From: Gemmatimonadota bacterium | Lineage (GTDB): Bacteria; JBHIER01; G020348925 | Assembly (NCBI GenBank): GCA_020348925.1 | Contig: CP070758.1 | Coordinates: forward strand, 4,231,688 to 4,295,687 | DNA: 64,000 bases | Direction: 5' to 3' | In this document: piece after piece, positions 17,962 to 27,220 of the stretch | How the letters are laid out: every line of letters starts with the position of its first letter | Position numbering within the stretch: the first letter of the stretch is position 1 | Notes under the pieces: model-generated | The model's database searches: none | Seen by the model: the letters and a program-made list of their open reading frames with translations, nothing else | What the model was told of the DNA's origin: nothing | Position numbers and translations under genes: made by a program

Positions 17962-19371
17962 CTAAGCGATAGAATTCAGCGCCTGATCCAGATCGGCGAT
18001 GACATCGTCCGGGTGCTCACCGCCGACGCAGAGCCGCACCATGTTGGGTGGAACGTCCGCCATACACCGGGCTTCCTCACCCTGCTGCTGATGCGTTGAA
18101 ACGGCCGGTATCGTGGCCACCGATTTGATACGACCCAGGTCCGTAGCCCGCCAGATCCGCTTCAGGCTGTCGAACATGGTTCGTGTTTGTTGTGCTCCCC
18201 CTTTCACCCGAAAGGACATGAGGTGACCGTATCGATTCACAGGCTCACCGTAGTCGTATTCCGAATCGACCAGCACCATATACTTCGCTGCCAATTCGTG
18301 TAAAGGATGAGATTGCAGTCCCAGATAATCCACCTGCTCCACCCTCGGATGCTGTTCCAAAAATTCGGCCACCTTCATAGTATTTCTGCTCAGCAGATCC
18401 ATCTTCGACCGGATGGTTCGGATATCGTTCAAGGTCAGAATGGCCTGAATGGGTGACAGACACGGGCCGTTGTCGCGATTCGGTAAAAATTTCACATATT
18501 CCGCGAAGTTCTCCTGCATCGGTGGATTGTCAAAGTTGGTCGCTATATTCTTCCTGGCAATGAGGGCTCCACTGATACCGAAACCACTGCTGGTAAGGCT
18601 TTTCGTAGCACTCTGAATGACGATATCGGCGCCCCGGGCGAGGGGCCGGAGCAGTGCCGGGGTGGCCACGGTCGTGTCGACGATCATAGGAATACCATGG
18701 GAGTGGGCCAGCTCGGTGACCGTGTCCAAGTCGAAGAAGGCCTGACCCGGATTGGATGGCATCTCGCCGTACAGAAAACGGGTGTCCTTGTCGATCCTCG
18801 AAGCCCACTCGTCAAGGTCGTGGGAGTGGACAACCCATCTGCATTCAATCCCACGATCCGTCATCTTCCGCTCGGCGAACTGTTGGAAGGTCCCACCGTA
18901 CACTTGACAGGTGGCCACGAAATTGATCTTCTCGTCGAGCTTCTTCGTCCGCCTTACAAGCAGCGGATCGATGGCGCTCATGATAGCCGCCATGCCTGAG
19001 GAGGTGGAGCAGCAGGAGGCCTCTACATCAGAACCGTAGGTTTCCAAGAGGGCGAGTGTCCATTCGAGGTAGTAGGTTGATGGGTTGGCGATGCGCGAAT
19101 AGCACCATGTCGGAATGAGGTAGGCCAGAGCTGCCTCCATTTCATCGGAATCGCGATACGCCTGGGAGGCGCTCATGAACATGGGCTCGATAATTGCCCC
19201 CTGGTTGTGGTCAAGGGATTCCTCGACCGTGTACAGACCGTGGACGGCAATCGTATCGAACTTCCACTTCTTGACGACCTCTTGGACATATCTATCGCGT
19301 TCAGCTAAAGCTTTCTTCGCTTGTTCAACATAGCGCATCACGCCCGGACTGTACGATTGTTCCTCTGACAT
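17962..19371 (-). CDS. Cys/Met-metabolism PLP enzyme (divergent O-acylhomoserine sulfhydrylase / gamma-lyase family)
   Basis: FDTIAVHG, YSRIANPS, SSGMAAI, YGGT, PSNP, DTTVATP, QSATK (PLP Lys) and VRLCVGGE; ggagg RBS before ATG 19371. Confidence 0.85.
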   Translation of the reverse strand: MSEEQSYSPGVMRYVEQAKKALAERDRYVQEVVKKWKFDTIAVHGLYTVEESLDHNQGAIIEPMFMSASQAYRDSDEMEAALAYLIPTWCYSRIANPSTYYLEWTLALLETYGSDVEASCCSTSSGMAAIMSAIDPLLVRRTKKLDEKINFVATCQVYGGTFQQFAERKMTDRGIECRWVVHSHDLDEWASRIDKDTRFLYGEMPSNPGQAFFDLDTVTELAHSHGIPMIVDTTVATPALLRPLARGADIVIQSATKSLTSSGFGISGALIARKNIATNFDNPPMQENFAEYVKFLPNRDNGPCLSPIQAILTLNDIRTIRSKMDLLSRNTMKVAEFLEQHPRVEQVDYLGLQSHPLHELAAKYMVLVDSEYDYGEPVNRYGHLMSFRVKGGAQQTRTMFDSLKRIWRATDLGRIKSVATIPAVSTHQQQGEEARCMADVPPNMVRLCVGGEHPDDVIADLDQALNSIA

Positions 19372-19504
19372 GATAGCCACCTCCCTGCGGGTAAATCAAG
19401 TCATTGAAAAATGCATAAAGTAAAAGTCACAACAAGTACTCAGTTCTATTGAATTGAATCCACCTCTTTAGAACTACCTCTTCTCACAAGACCAACGACG
19501 GTTT

Positions 19505-20917
19505 TTACAGATTAAAACAGACCACCTTCGGCTCCGTCATCTCCAACAGGGCGAACTTGAGCCCTTCGCGACCCAGACCGGAGTACTTCACGCCACCGAA
19601 GGGCATGAGATCAATGCGATAATCCGAGGAGTCGTTGATCATGATGCCGCCCACGTCGATCTCTTTGATGAGTTTAAAGGCCGTCTTGATATCTTTGGTA
19701 AAGACACCGGCGTGGAGCCCGAACCGGACATCGTTGGCCTTGGCAACGGCCTCGTCCATATCCTTCACCTTGAACAGACACACGGCCGGCCCGAAGACCT
19801 CCTCGCAGGCGATGGTGACACCCTCGGGCACATTCGACAGAACCGTCGGTTGAAAAACGGTCCCCTCACGAGTTCCACCTGTCAGGAGTGTCGCACTCTT
19901 TTCAACGGCCTCCCTCACCCACGCCTCGACCCGGGCGGCCTCGCCCTCGGTAATCATCGGGCCCATGTCCGTGTCCTCATCCAGCTGGCGACCGACCTTC
20001 ATCTTTTTCGTCCGCTCGACAAACATCGATTCGAACCGGTCATAGATCGCCTCGTGAATATAAATCCGCTGCACACCGATGCAGTTCTGACCGACGGCCC
20101 AGAAGGCGCCGGACACCGAAGATTCAACGGCCAGTTCGAGATCCGCATCTTCGGCCACAACCACGGGTGAGTTCGAGCCCAACTCCATGCCGATCTTTTT
20201 CAAGCCGGCTTTTCGCACAATCTCTTCACCGGCCTCGGTCCCGCCGGTAAAGGTGATCATTCGAACCCGCTTATCCGTAACCATGGCATCACCAATCTTG
20301 CTCCCGTATCCGGTGACGATGTTCAACACCTTGGGAGGGAGACCCGCTTCCAACAGGGCTTCACCTAACTTCAGGGCCGAGAGCGGTGTCACTGTGGCCG
20401 GCTTCAGGACGACGGAGTTGCCACCCGCTATGGCAGGACCCAATTTATGCGCAACCAGGTTGAGGGGATCGTTGAAGGGCGTGATGGCTGCGATGATACC
20501 GATGGGAAACCGGTAGTAATACCCGACGCGATTCTCGGAACCGGCCATACTATCGAAGGGTATCGTCTCTCCCAAGATCCTCCGCGCCTCCTCGGCCGCT
20601 ACCGTCATGGTCTGAGCGGCCCGGAAGGCCTCCTTTCGCGCCTCCTTAATGGTTTTACTCCCTTCGGTGGCAATCGTCCTGGCAAACTCCTCCTGTCGTT
20701 CGTCAAGGATGTTCGCCGTTCCCTTCAGTATCTCGATTCGCTTGTGGACCGGCAGATCGCGGTTGATGCGAAATCCCTCCTCAGCACTATCTATGGCCGC
20801 TTTCACATCCTTGGCCGTGCCGGACGGCACCGTATCGATGACCCGGCCATCGTAGGGATCAACAACGTTTATCTTCTCCTCTCGATCAACCCACTCTCCG
20901 TGGATGAGCATCTTCAT
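19505..20917 (-). CDS. NAD(P)-dependent aldehyde dehydrogenase
   Basis: ITPFND, KPA, FTGG, ELGSNSP (catalytic Glu), GQNCIG (catalytic Cys), EEVFGP and PFGGVKYSGLGREG. Confidence 0.93.
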   Translation of the reverse strand: MKMLIHGEWVDREEKINVVDPYDGRVIDTVPSGTAKDVKAAIDSAEEGFRINRDLPVHKRIEILKGTANILDERQEEFARTIATEGSKTIKEARKEAFRAAQTMTVAAEEARRILGETIPFDSMAGSENRVGYYYRFPIGIIAAITPFNDPLNLVAHKLGPAIAGGNSVVLKPATVTPLSALKLGEALLEAGLPPKVLNIVTGYGSKIGDAMVTDKRVRMITFTGGTEAGEEIVRKAGLKKIGMELGSNSPVVVAEDADLELAVESSVSGAFWAVGQNCIGVQRIYIHEAIYDRFESMFVERTKKMKVGRQLDEDTDMGPMITEGEAARVEAWVREAVEKSATLLTGGTREGTVFQPTVLSNVPEGVTIACEEVFGPAVCLFKVKDMDEAVAKANDVRFGLHAGVFTKDIKTAFKLIKEIDVGGIMINDSSDYRIDLMPFGGVKYSGLGREGLKFALLEMTEPKVVCFNL

Positions 20918-20932
20918 AGTATTCTCTCCTGT

Positions 20933-21967
20933 CTACTTTTTCAAGGTTCTGTGTATATCCAGCAGATCGGTCAAGACGCTGTATCCGGTCTCGCGTTTGC
21001 CTGCACCTGCGCCCACGACCGTCACCTGACCCAGCAGATCGGTATCAAAGGTCAAGGCATTGGTGGCCCCTCCGACGCCGGCCAGGGGATCGCTCGTAGG
21101 AATCATCTCCGGCGACACTTTGGCCTTGATGGAACCGTTCTCTTTTCTGGTCTGACCGATGAGTTTCCAGCGTTTCCCCGCATCCTTGGCCTTTCGGATA
21201 TCCTCCAGCGTTATCTTCGTAATGCCTTCACGCTCTACATCGGAGACCTTCAAGGCTCCACCCATGACGACATTGGACAGAATGAGTACTTTCGCCAGGG
21301 CATCCCAGCCCTCGACATCGGCATCGGGCACGGCCTCCGCGTAGCCCAGTTCCTGAGCCTGCTTCAGGGCTGCCTCATAGCTCTGACCCTTCTCCATCTC
21401 GGTCAGGATATAGTTGGTCGTTCCGTTGAGAATCCCGCGGATTTCTCGAATATCGTTCCCCGCCAGGCAGAGGGTAGCAAGATTCACGACCGGAGTACCA
21501 CTCATCACCGTGCCTTCAATCCGAAACTGGACACCCTTCTCCTCAGCCATCTCCGCCAGCTCCTTGTAAGCCAGGGCAACCGGCCCCTTATTCGTGGTGA
21601 CGAGATGCTTGCCTGTCTCGAAGGCCGCCTTGAAATGGGACATGGCCGGCTCACCTGTCTCAATGTTCGTGAAGGAGAGTTCCACAATGATGTCGGCATT
21701 GCTCTCTGTGATGGTTTTGAGACTGTCCCAACCCTTGATTCCACGGGGATATCCTTCGATATTTCCATTCTCTGCAACCAATGACAATAGTTTTTGGATT
21801 TCCAATCCCTTTTCGTCGTAGACCGACCCTTTCTGTATGTCGGAGACAGCGACTACGGAGTAATCAAACCCGTGTCGTTTTTTGAGATCCTCCGCTTTTT
21901 CAATGAGAATCTCCACCAACCCCTGCCCCACCACACCAAAACCTACCAATGCCAGATTGTGCTTCAT
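20933..21967 (-). CDS. hom: Homoserine dehydrogenase, short form without ACT domain
   Basis: GFGVVG, VTTNKGP, GILNGTTNYIL, AQELGYAE..DVEGWDALAK and GAGKRETG; ends without a regulatory domain. Confidence 0.92.
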   Translation of the reverse strand: MKHNLALVGFGVVGQGLVEILIEKAEDLKKRHGFDYSVVAVSDIQKGSVYDEKGLEIQKLLSLVAENGNIEGYPRGIKGWDSLKTITESNADIIVELSFTNIETGEPAMSHFKAAFETGKHLVTTNKGPVALAYKELAEMAEEKGVQFRIEGTVMSGTPVVNLATLCLAGNDIREIRGILNGTTNYILTEMEKGQSYEAALKQAQELGYAEAVPDADVEGWDALAKVLILSNVVMGGALKVSDVEREGITKITLEDIRKAKDAGKRWKLIGQTRKENGSIKAKVSPEMIPTSDPLAGVGGATNALTFDTDLLGQVTVVGAGAGKRETGYSVLTDLLDIHRTLKK

Positions 21968-22021
21968 AGCAGGAGCTCCTTCCTTCAATCACACGATATA
22001 ACAGTCCTTTCCGAGAGGGAA

Positions 22022-22405
22022 TCACCCCGGAATTGTAAATATCTTGGATACTATTTTCCAACCATCCTCAAATTTGTAGAGCAGCATATAATCTGTGGAA
22101 AAATGAAGACCCCTTTTATACACATCGAGTTTGACAACTGCCGCATTGCCCGTTATGTCAACAGATTGAAAGGTATGCGTCGTCTCACCACTCCAGAGTT
22201 CCGGATTCTCCGCTTTCAATTTTTCAATCCGAGCAAACCAAGTATCGAGCGTGACTCTCTCAATGGTATTATCCTGTTTTACAAACATAATAAAATCATG
22301 ATGAAATCCTCTTCTCACGGTTCCCTCATCCTGACTTCCGTGAATTCCCTGAATATACGACGCCTCAATCACCTCTTTGATGGCCTCTTTCTCAACGTTC
22401 ACCAT
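22022..22405 (-). CDS. NTF2/SnoaL-like (putative lumazine-binding family) protein
   Basis: AIKEVI..YIQG..FH..IDITGNAAVVKL-type pattern (here VDITGNAAVVKL) and TDYMLLYK..GWKIVSK. Confidence 0.8.
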   Translation of the reverse strand: MVNVEKEAIKEVIEASYIQGIHGSQDEGTVRRGFHHDFIMFVKQDNTIERVTLDTWFARIEKLKAENPELWSGETTHTFQSVDITGNAAVVKLDVYKRGLHFSTDYMLLYKFEDGWKIVSKIFTIPG

Positions 22406-22497
22406 GATCGAATCCTCCTCTCTTCGGCAAACCTTTTAGTGCTCGAGCTCTCGAGGGGGCAGTCCATCTCGTCTTCGTAGAATAGATTTCACACATA

Positions 22498-23691
22498 TCA
22501 GAGCGTACTCAAGGCCTGCTCAAGGTCTTCCTTCAAATCCTTAAAATCTTCACACCCTACGGACAACCGGACGAGATCGTCGGTGATGCCCGCTTTTTCA
22601 CTTTCCTCATTGGACATTGCAGCATGGGTCATGGACGCAGGATGTTGGATGAGTGTCTCGATACCACCTAATGAAACAGCCAATGTCGCCAGGGAAACAG
22701 TGTTCATGATGGTCCGGCCGGCATCAAGCCCGCCTTTAACGCCGAAGCTCAACAGTGCTCCGGGTCCGTCCATCTGCCTTTTGGCCAGCTCATATTGAGG
22801 ATGGCTTCGAAGTCCGGGGTACTTCACCCAGTTGACCTTCGAGTGGTCCTCCAAGAACTTGGCCAGCTTCAGAGCATTGTCCTGGCACCTATCCATGCGA
22901 AGCGGAAGTGTTTTCAAGCCCCTCTGGACGAGCCAGGCTTGATGCGGATCGATGGTACCTCCCATGTAGTGGAGTACAGCTCGGATCTGTTTGAACACCG
23001 ACTCGTCTTTGCACACGATCATCCCGGCGACCACATCGCTGTGGCCGTTGATAAATTTCGTCATGGAATGGACGACAATATCAGCTCCCAGATCCAGTGG
23101 CCGCTGCAGATAGGGGCTCATGAACGTGTTGTCCACAGCCAAAAGGGCACCGTGCTCATGAGCGATATCGGCACACGCCTCGATATCGGTAAGAACGATG
23201 GTGGGATTTGCCGGTGTTTCGATGAAGAGAAGACGTGTGTTCGGTTTGAAGGATTGTTCCACTTCTTCGATGTTCGAGGTATTCACATATGAATACTCCA
23301 CCCCGAAGCGGGAGAAATCCCGTTCCATGACAACACGGGAGGGTCCATACAGGCAGTCGGTACTTACCATATGGAGCTCTTGACCTAAAAAGGTCATATA
23401 AACCGTCGTGACTGCAGCCATGCCGGATGAGGTCGCCAGCGCCCCGCAGCCGTTCTCCAACACCGCCACATTCTCTTCCAAAGCCTTCGTCGTCGGATTG
23501 CCCATCCGGGTATAGATGTACCCCTCAGTTTTTTGGGCAAAAAGATCCGCTCCATGATTCGCATCCTTAAAGGCAAAGGTTGATGTTTGAAAGATAGGCG
23601 TCGTGATGCTGCCCGCTGCTTCCTCCACTTGTCCCGAGTGGATTGTTTTGGAGTGAAACCCTAACTTGTCAGTGTGCGAAGCCATTTGCAT
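22498..23691 (-). CDS. Trans-sulfuration family PLP enzyme (methionine/cystathionine gamma-lyase-like)
   Basis: PIFQTSTF, YIYTRMGNPT, SSGMAAV, ETPANP, DNTF, HSMTKFINGHSDV, AVSLGG and HPASMTH. Confidence 0.9.
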   Translation of the reverse strand: MQMASHTDKLGFHSKTIHSGQVEEAAGSITTPIFQTSTFAFKDANHGADLFAQKTEGYIYTRMGNPTTKALEENVAVLENGCGALATSSGMAAVTTVYMTFLGQELHMVSTDCLYGPSRVVMERDFSRFGVEYSYVNTSNIEEVEQSFKPNTRLLFIETPANPTIVLTDIEACADIAHEHGALLAVDNTFMSPYLQRPLDLGADIVVHSMTKFINGHSDVVAGMIVCKDESVFKQIRAVLHYMGGTIDPHQAWLVQRGLKTLPLRMDRCQDNALKLAKFLEDHSKVNWVKYPGLRSHPQYELAKRQMDGPGALLSFGVKGGLDAGRTIMNTVSLATLAVSLGGIETLIQHPASMTHAAMSNEESEKAGITDDLVRLSVGCEDFKDLKEDLEQALSTL

Positions 23692-23782
23692 CCCTCGTTT
23701 TGTGAATGATTAGTGCACTGAAAATTTTGTTTCGTACTTGACAGTCCATCGGAAGCCATTTGTATTGACGCTTCTTGAGTAA

Positions 23783-24256
23783 CTACTCCACCGGAAATTT
23801 CGTTTCGTATTTCACTGTGGAAAGAATAAAAGACGTTTTAATCTTACTGAGCGCCGGCAGTTTCGTCAACTTCTTCAGAATAAAGTTTTCATACTCGTGA
23901 ATATCCTTGACGGCAACTTTGAGGACATAATCGTCTTCCCCGGTGATGTGGTAACATTCCATCACCTCAGGGATCTTTTCGATGGCGCGCGTGAACTGAT
24001 CGATGGACTTGATGCGATGACGATCCAAAGAGACGGAGACCAAGGCCATCGTTCCCTTGCCAATCGTATCCGGATCGATAAGGGCGACGTACTTCTGAAT
24101 GATCCCTTTTTTCTCCAGCTTTTTCACGCGCTCCAACATCGGCGGCGGGGATATACCCACACGGCTGGCCAATTCGGTATTGGTGATCCGCCCGTTCTCT
24201 TGAAGGATATCCAGGATCTTCCTGTCAATATCGTCAAGTTTATTATTGGTTTGCAT
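23783..24256 (-). CDS. Lrp/AsnC family transcriptional regulator
   Basis: LDDIDRKILDILQENGRITNTELA HTH, RVKKLE..GII and EV.ECYHITGEDDY.LKV RAM domain. Confidence 0.95.
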   Translation of the reverse strand: MQTNNKLDDIDRKILDILQENGRITNTELASRVGISPPPMLERVKKLEKKGIIQKYVALIDPDTIGKGTMALVSVSLDRHRIKSIDQFTRAIEKIPEVMECYHITGEDDYVLKVAVKDIHEYENFILKKLTKLPALSKIKTSFILSTVKYETKFPVE

Positions 24257-24525
24257 AAGATTATCCTTGATATCGAAATTTGTGGAATAAAATTATAAAA
24301 AATAGTGTAGAAGTCAAGAAATATTTCCCAAATAATACTATATTCGTAATATTATTCTGAAAATCGCGTGAAAATCTTTCTACCATCTTGAATTATACTC
24401 GTGTGACTCTCTGTTTTTCGACGCCAAAGAAAGAGGTGGAGAGGAAGGAACCCATCATGTGCTGCCATTATCAGCCCCGGTCCTGAGTTCGGGATAAGCC
24501 ACGCAAATCGATCTCATTGTATGCC

Positions 24526-24657
24526 CGTCATTGCGAATCCCGGGACTGAACCCGGGACAGGCTCCGTGAAGCAATCTCCTTCGAACAAGGAGATCCCTGA
24601 AGAAATTCCCTTGGGTTATCGTCCTTGTAAAAACATTTATTCGCAATACTGATGACA
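24526..24657. repeat. Degenerate GTCATTGCGA...GCAATCTC-type palindromic element
   Basis: cgtcattgcga..gaagcaatctcc..ggagat..ttcgcaatactgatgaca inverted-end architecture. Confidence 0.5.
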
Positions 24658-24667
24658 TATTATTTAC

Positions 24668-24696
24668 TTGACACCATGCGAAAAGCTCCCTATTTT
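24668..24696 (+). promoter_or_regulatory. sigma70-type promoter for rlmN
   Basis: TTGACA-N17-TATTTT. Confidence 0.6.
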
Positions 24697-24752
24697 CGCT
24701 TCACGATACAGGATATGCTTGAATCTGCCTTGAACAACGACGAAGCAAAACC

Positions 24753-25772
24753 ATGAAAACACTCTTAGGGTTGAAAACCAAGGAACTCGAACAGATTGCT
24801 TTATCCCTGGGGCTTGATGCGTATCGGGGAAGACAGCTGGCCCAATGGATGTATCGTAAAAGGGTCACATCTTTTGAGGCCATGACGGATCTTGGAAAGG
24901 ATACGCGGGAGCGGCTCCTTCAAACATATGCGATCAATCCTCTGAAGGAAAAACGTGTCCACCAACATCAAGACGGTACAGCGAAATATCTTTTCGAGCT
25001 CGAGGACGGCGAATGCATCGAGACGGTCAAAATTCCCCATGGTGACTGGGAGACAATCTGTGTGTCAACTCAGCTGGGATGTCCCATAGGCTGCACATTC
25101 TGCGCCTCAGGATTGGATTACGGTCGAAACCTGACCGCCGCGGAAATAATCGGGCAGGTGCTTCTCTCAAGAGGAGACACGAGTACGAACGTGGTCTTCA
25201 TGGGCATCGGGGAGCCGTTTCTCAACCGGAAGGAGTTGTTCCGAAGCCTGAAAATACTGAACGGAGAGGTCGGCATCGGAGCCAGACATCTGACGGTCTC
25301 GACCATCGGTATCGTCGAAGGCATAGAGAATCTGGCCCATCTTGGGATGGAGGTAAACCTGGGAATATCCCTCCACGCGCCTCAGGACGAACTCCGCCGT
25401 CGTCTCATCAAGACGCATCTATCAAGATTGCGAGACATTCTCAAAGCGGCCGACCTCTATTTTCAAAAAACAGGAAGACGGATCTCCTTCGAGTACGTCA
25501 TGCTGTCAGGCGTCAACGATCTCTTGAAACATGCCACCCATCTCGGCAGGCTCTTGAAATCGTTTGATTTTAAATGTCACGTCAACCTTATCCCGTACAA
25601 CGAGACCGACTCCGGATACAGCAGCTCGTCACCGGCTCGAATCCGTGCCTTTCAGCAGTGCCTCGAAGAATTGGGCATCAATGTCACCGTGAGGCAAGAG
25701 AGGGGAAAAGGTATTCAAGCAGCCTGCGGCCAGCTCCGCCGCCAGCATTTGGAGGGAAAGATACCCAGTTAA
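24753..25772 (+). CDS. rlmN: Dual-specificity RNA methyltransferase RlmN (radical SAM)
   Basis: DGTAKYLF, CVSTQLGCPIGCTFCASG (CxxxCxxC), VVFMGIGEP, SLHAP, EYVML.GVND and AACGQL. Confidence 0.95.
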   Translation: MKTLLGLKTKELEQIALSLGLDAYRGRQLAQWMYRKRVTSFEAMTDLGKDTRERLLQTYAINPLKEKRVHQHQDGTAKYLFELEDGECIETVKIPHGDWETICVSTQLGCPIGCTFCASGLDYGRNLTAAEIIGQVLLSRGDTSTNVVFMGIGEPFLNRKELFRSLKILNGEVGIGARHLTVSTIGIVEGIENLAHLGMEVNLGISLHAPQDELRRRLIKTHLSRLRDILKAADLYFQKTGRRISFEYVMLSGVNDLLKHATHLGRLLKSFDFKCHVNLIPYNETDSGYSSSSPARIRAFQQCLEELGINVTVRQERGKGIQAACGQLRRQHLEGKIPS

Positions 25773-25997
25773 AGATTGAAGTCTGCGATTATCAATAGCC
25801 CTCAGTTGATCAGCCATTATATCGCATTCATCTTTGAGATGCACCATACCTTACGTTAGGTGAATTCTTAATACGTCACTTTCAGGCTGAATATTTGTAG
25901 GAAGTGGGCAGGTTCCTGTCAAGGGATGCACGTTATTCAGTAAATCAGTCTGAACGATTCCAAGCGGTCGTGTTTTACCTGTCTCAACACCAAATCT
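25773..25997 (-). pseudogene. mazF: MazF/PemK toxin remnant
   Basis: One frame reads RFGVETGKTRPLGIVQTDLLNNVHP..CP..TNIQPESDVLRIHLT*GMVHLKDECDIMADQLRAIDNRRL; TAA at 25851-25853; no start codon or N-terminus. Confidence 0.8.
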
Positions 25998-26029
25998 AAT
26001 TAGTTCCAGCGGAATCGCATGTTCGCAGC

Positions 26030-26365
26030 CTATCGCTTTTTGCGATTACTTCTCCGAGTACCCCTACGCTTCTTCTTCGATCGATTCCTTGTTGGTTTCT
26101 CCTCGGCAATGAGCTCGAGCTGCTCACCGTACTTGTTGATAACCTCGTTTCTGAGATCTTCCAGCTTATCCTTCGGGCAGCCAAAGGCGAGGGCAGAACA
26201 GGCCCAGTCACGCTGCCGTATCATATCCCTCTCAAGCTTTCCAGCACAATCCTCACACAGGCCGATATCGTCGACCGGACCCCACGTATCACACCCCTGG
26301 CACTCAGCCTCGTACTGGGGCCAGAGATCATCACCGTCCTGATCGAATTTAAAAAATTCATTCAT
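26030..26365 (-). CDS. Small hypothetical protein with CxxC...CxxC zinc-finger-like motif and basic tail
   Basis: ECQGCD..GLCEDCA and a Lys/Arg-rich C-terminus; coding-like composition. Confidence 0.6.
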   Translation of the reverse strand: MNEFFKFDQDGDDLWPQYEAECQGCDTWGPVDDIGLCEDCAGKLERDMIRQRDWACSALAFGCPKDKLEDLRNEVINKYGEQLELIAEEKPTRNRSKKKRRGTRRSNRKKR

Positions 26366-26553
26366 GCTCGGTTCCGTTTGAATTATAGATAATGATACGA
26401 TAGTTGGGGAACAAAGTCAAGCCCTTTCATGATCTGCGACGCCGTTTCGCCGCTTCGGAAATCGAAATCAAGGTTAAGTACTCCAAAGGAATGAGTTAAC
26501 TTTTCAGTTGAGTTTCCCGTGTCTTTTCCTCGGTCTCCGTTCGAAGTTGCTCG

Positions 26554-26937
26554 TTATGCCGGCAGATCCCAAGCATCCAGCGGCTGACCGCAACGGCACA
26601 TACGTTGATACCACTTCACCTCGGCACCACAATTGTCGCATGACCATTCTTGCTGCTGGGCCTGGAGCCAGCTCTTCACCCCATTCTTTCTGATGAACTT
26701 GAGATTGGGTTCCATGGTCCAGTGGTGCGGCCATTCATCGTTCATGAATCCTTGAAGTTCCGGGCACGGATAATCGCTGCAGAAGCAGCAGAAATCCACA
26801 TCCTTGTCTTTGGTGCATTGCCTGAACACGCACCTTTTTCCCCAATCATGGACATGATCGCTGAGACAACCACCGCAGGTTGGCTCGCCGCATGCAGCGC
26901 AGTAAAGACCACATGGTCCATAGTGGGATTCTTTCAT
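26554..26937 (-). CDS. DUF3795-type Cys-rich protein
   Basis: GPCGLYCAAC..CGGC..C...C....FCCFCSDYPC plus a C-terminal CDNCG..CRCG; gagga RBS. Confidence 0.8.
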   Translation of the reverse strand: MKESHYGPCGLYCAACGEPTCGGCLSDHVHDWGKRCVFRQCTKDKDVDFCCFCSDYPCPELQGFMNDEWPHHWTMEPNLKFIRKNGVKSWLQAQQQEWSCDNCGAEVKWYQRMCRCGQPLDAWDLPA

Positions 26938-27220
26938 TGTATGATCCTCTTCGATCGAACGCTGGCGATTTCACTGGAACTTCCGCACATATACTTCTTG
27001 CTACGAAACCACGGACTCATGACACTCAGATTTTCACTGCGATAGAGGTCGTTTTACTTTCGGCAGGGCGAAGCCATGTCCCGAGCGAACTCCTGTGATC
27101 CTCACACCCGCGATACGCTCAGGGCTTGTGAGACCCCTGACGTGAGATTACTACGCCTTGAACCATTACAGTTCTTGGCTCACAACGCAGTCCTCATCTC
27201 GAAGACAATTTTAGTCATGG

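Noticed and set aside
20447-21784. 445-aa plus-strand ORF
   Set aside because: Antisense to hom and ALDH, with no domain signal.
25995-26030. Possible attC remnant between the zinc-finger gene and the mazF fragment
   Set aside because: Too short and degenerate, and no integron integrase is in the window.
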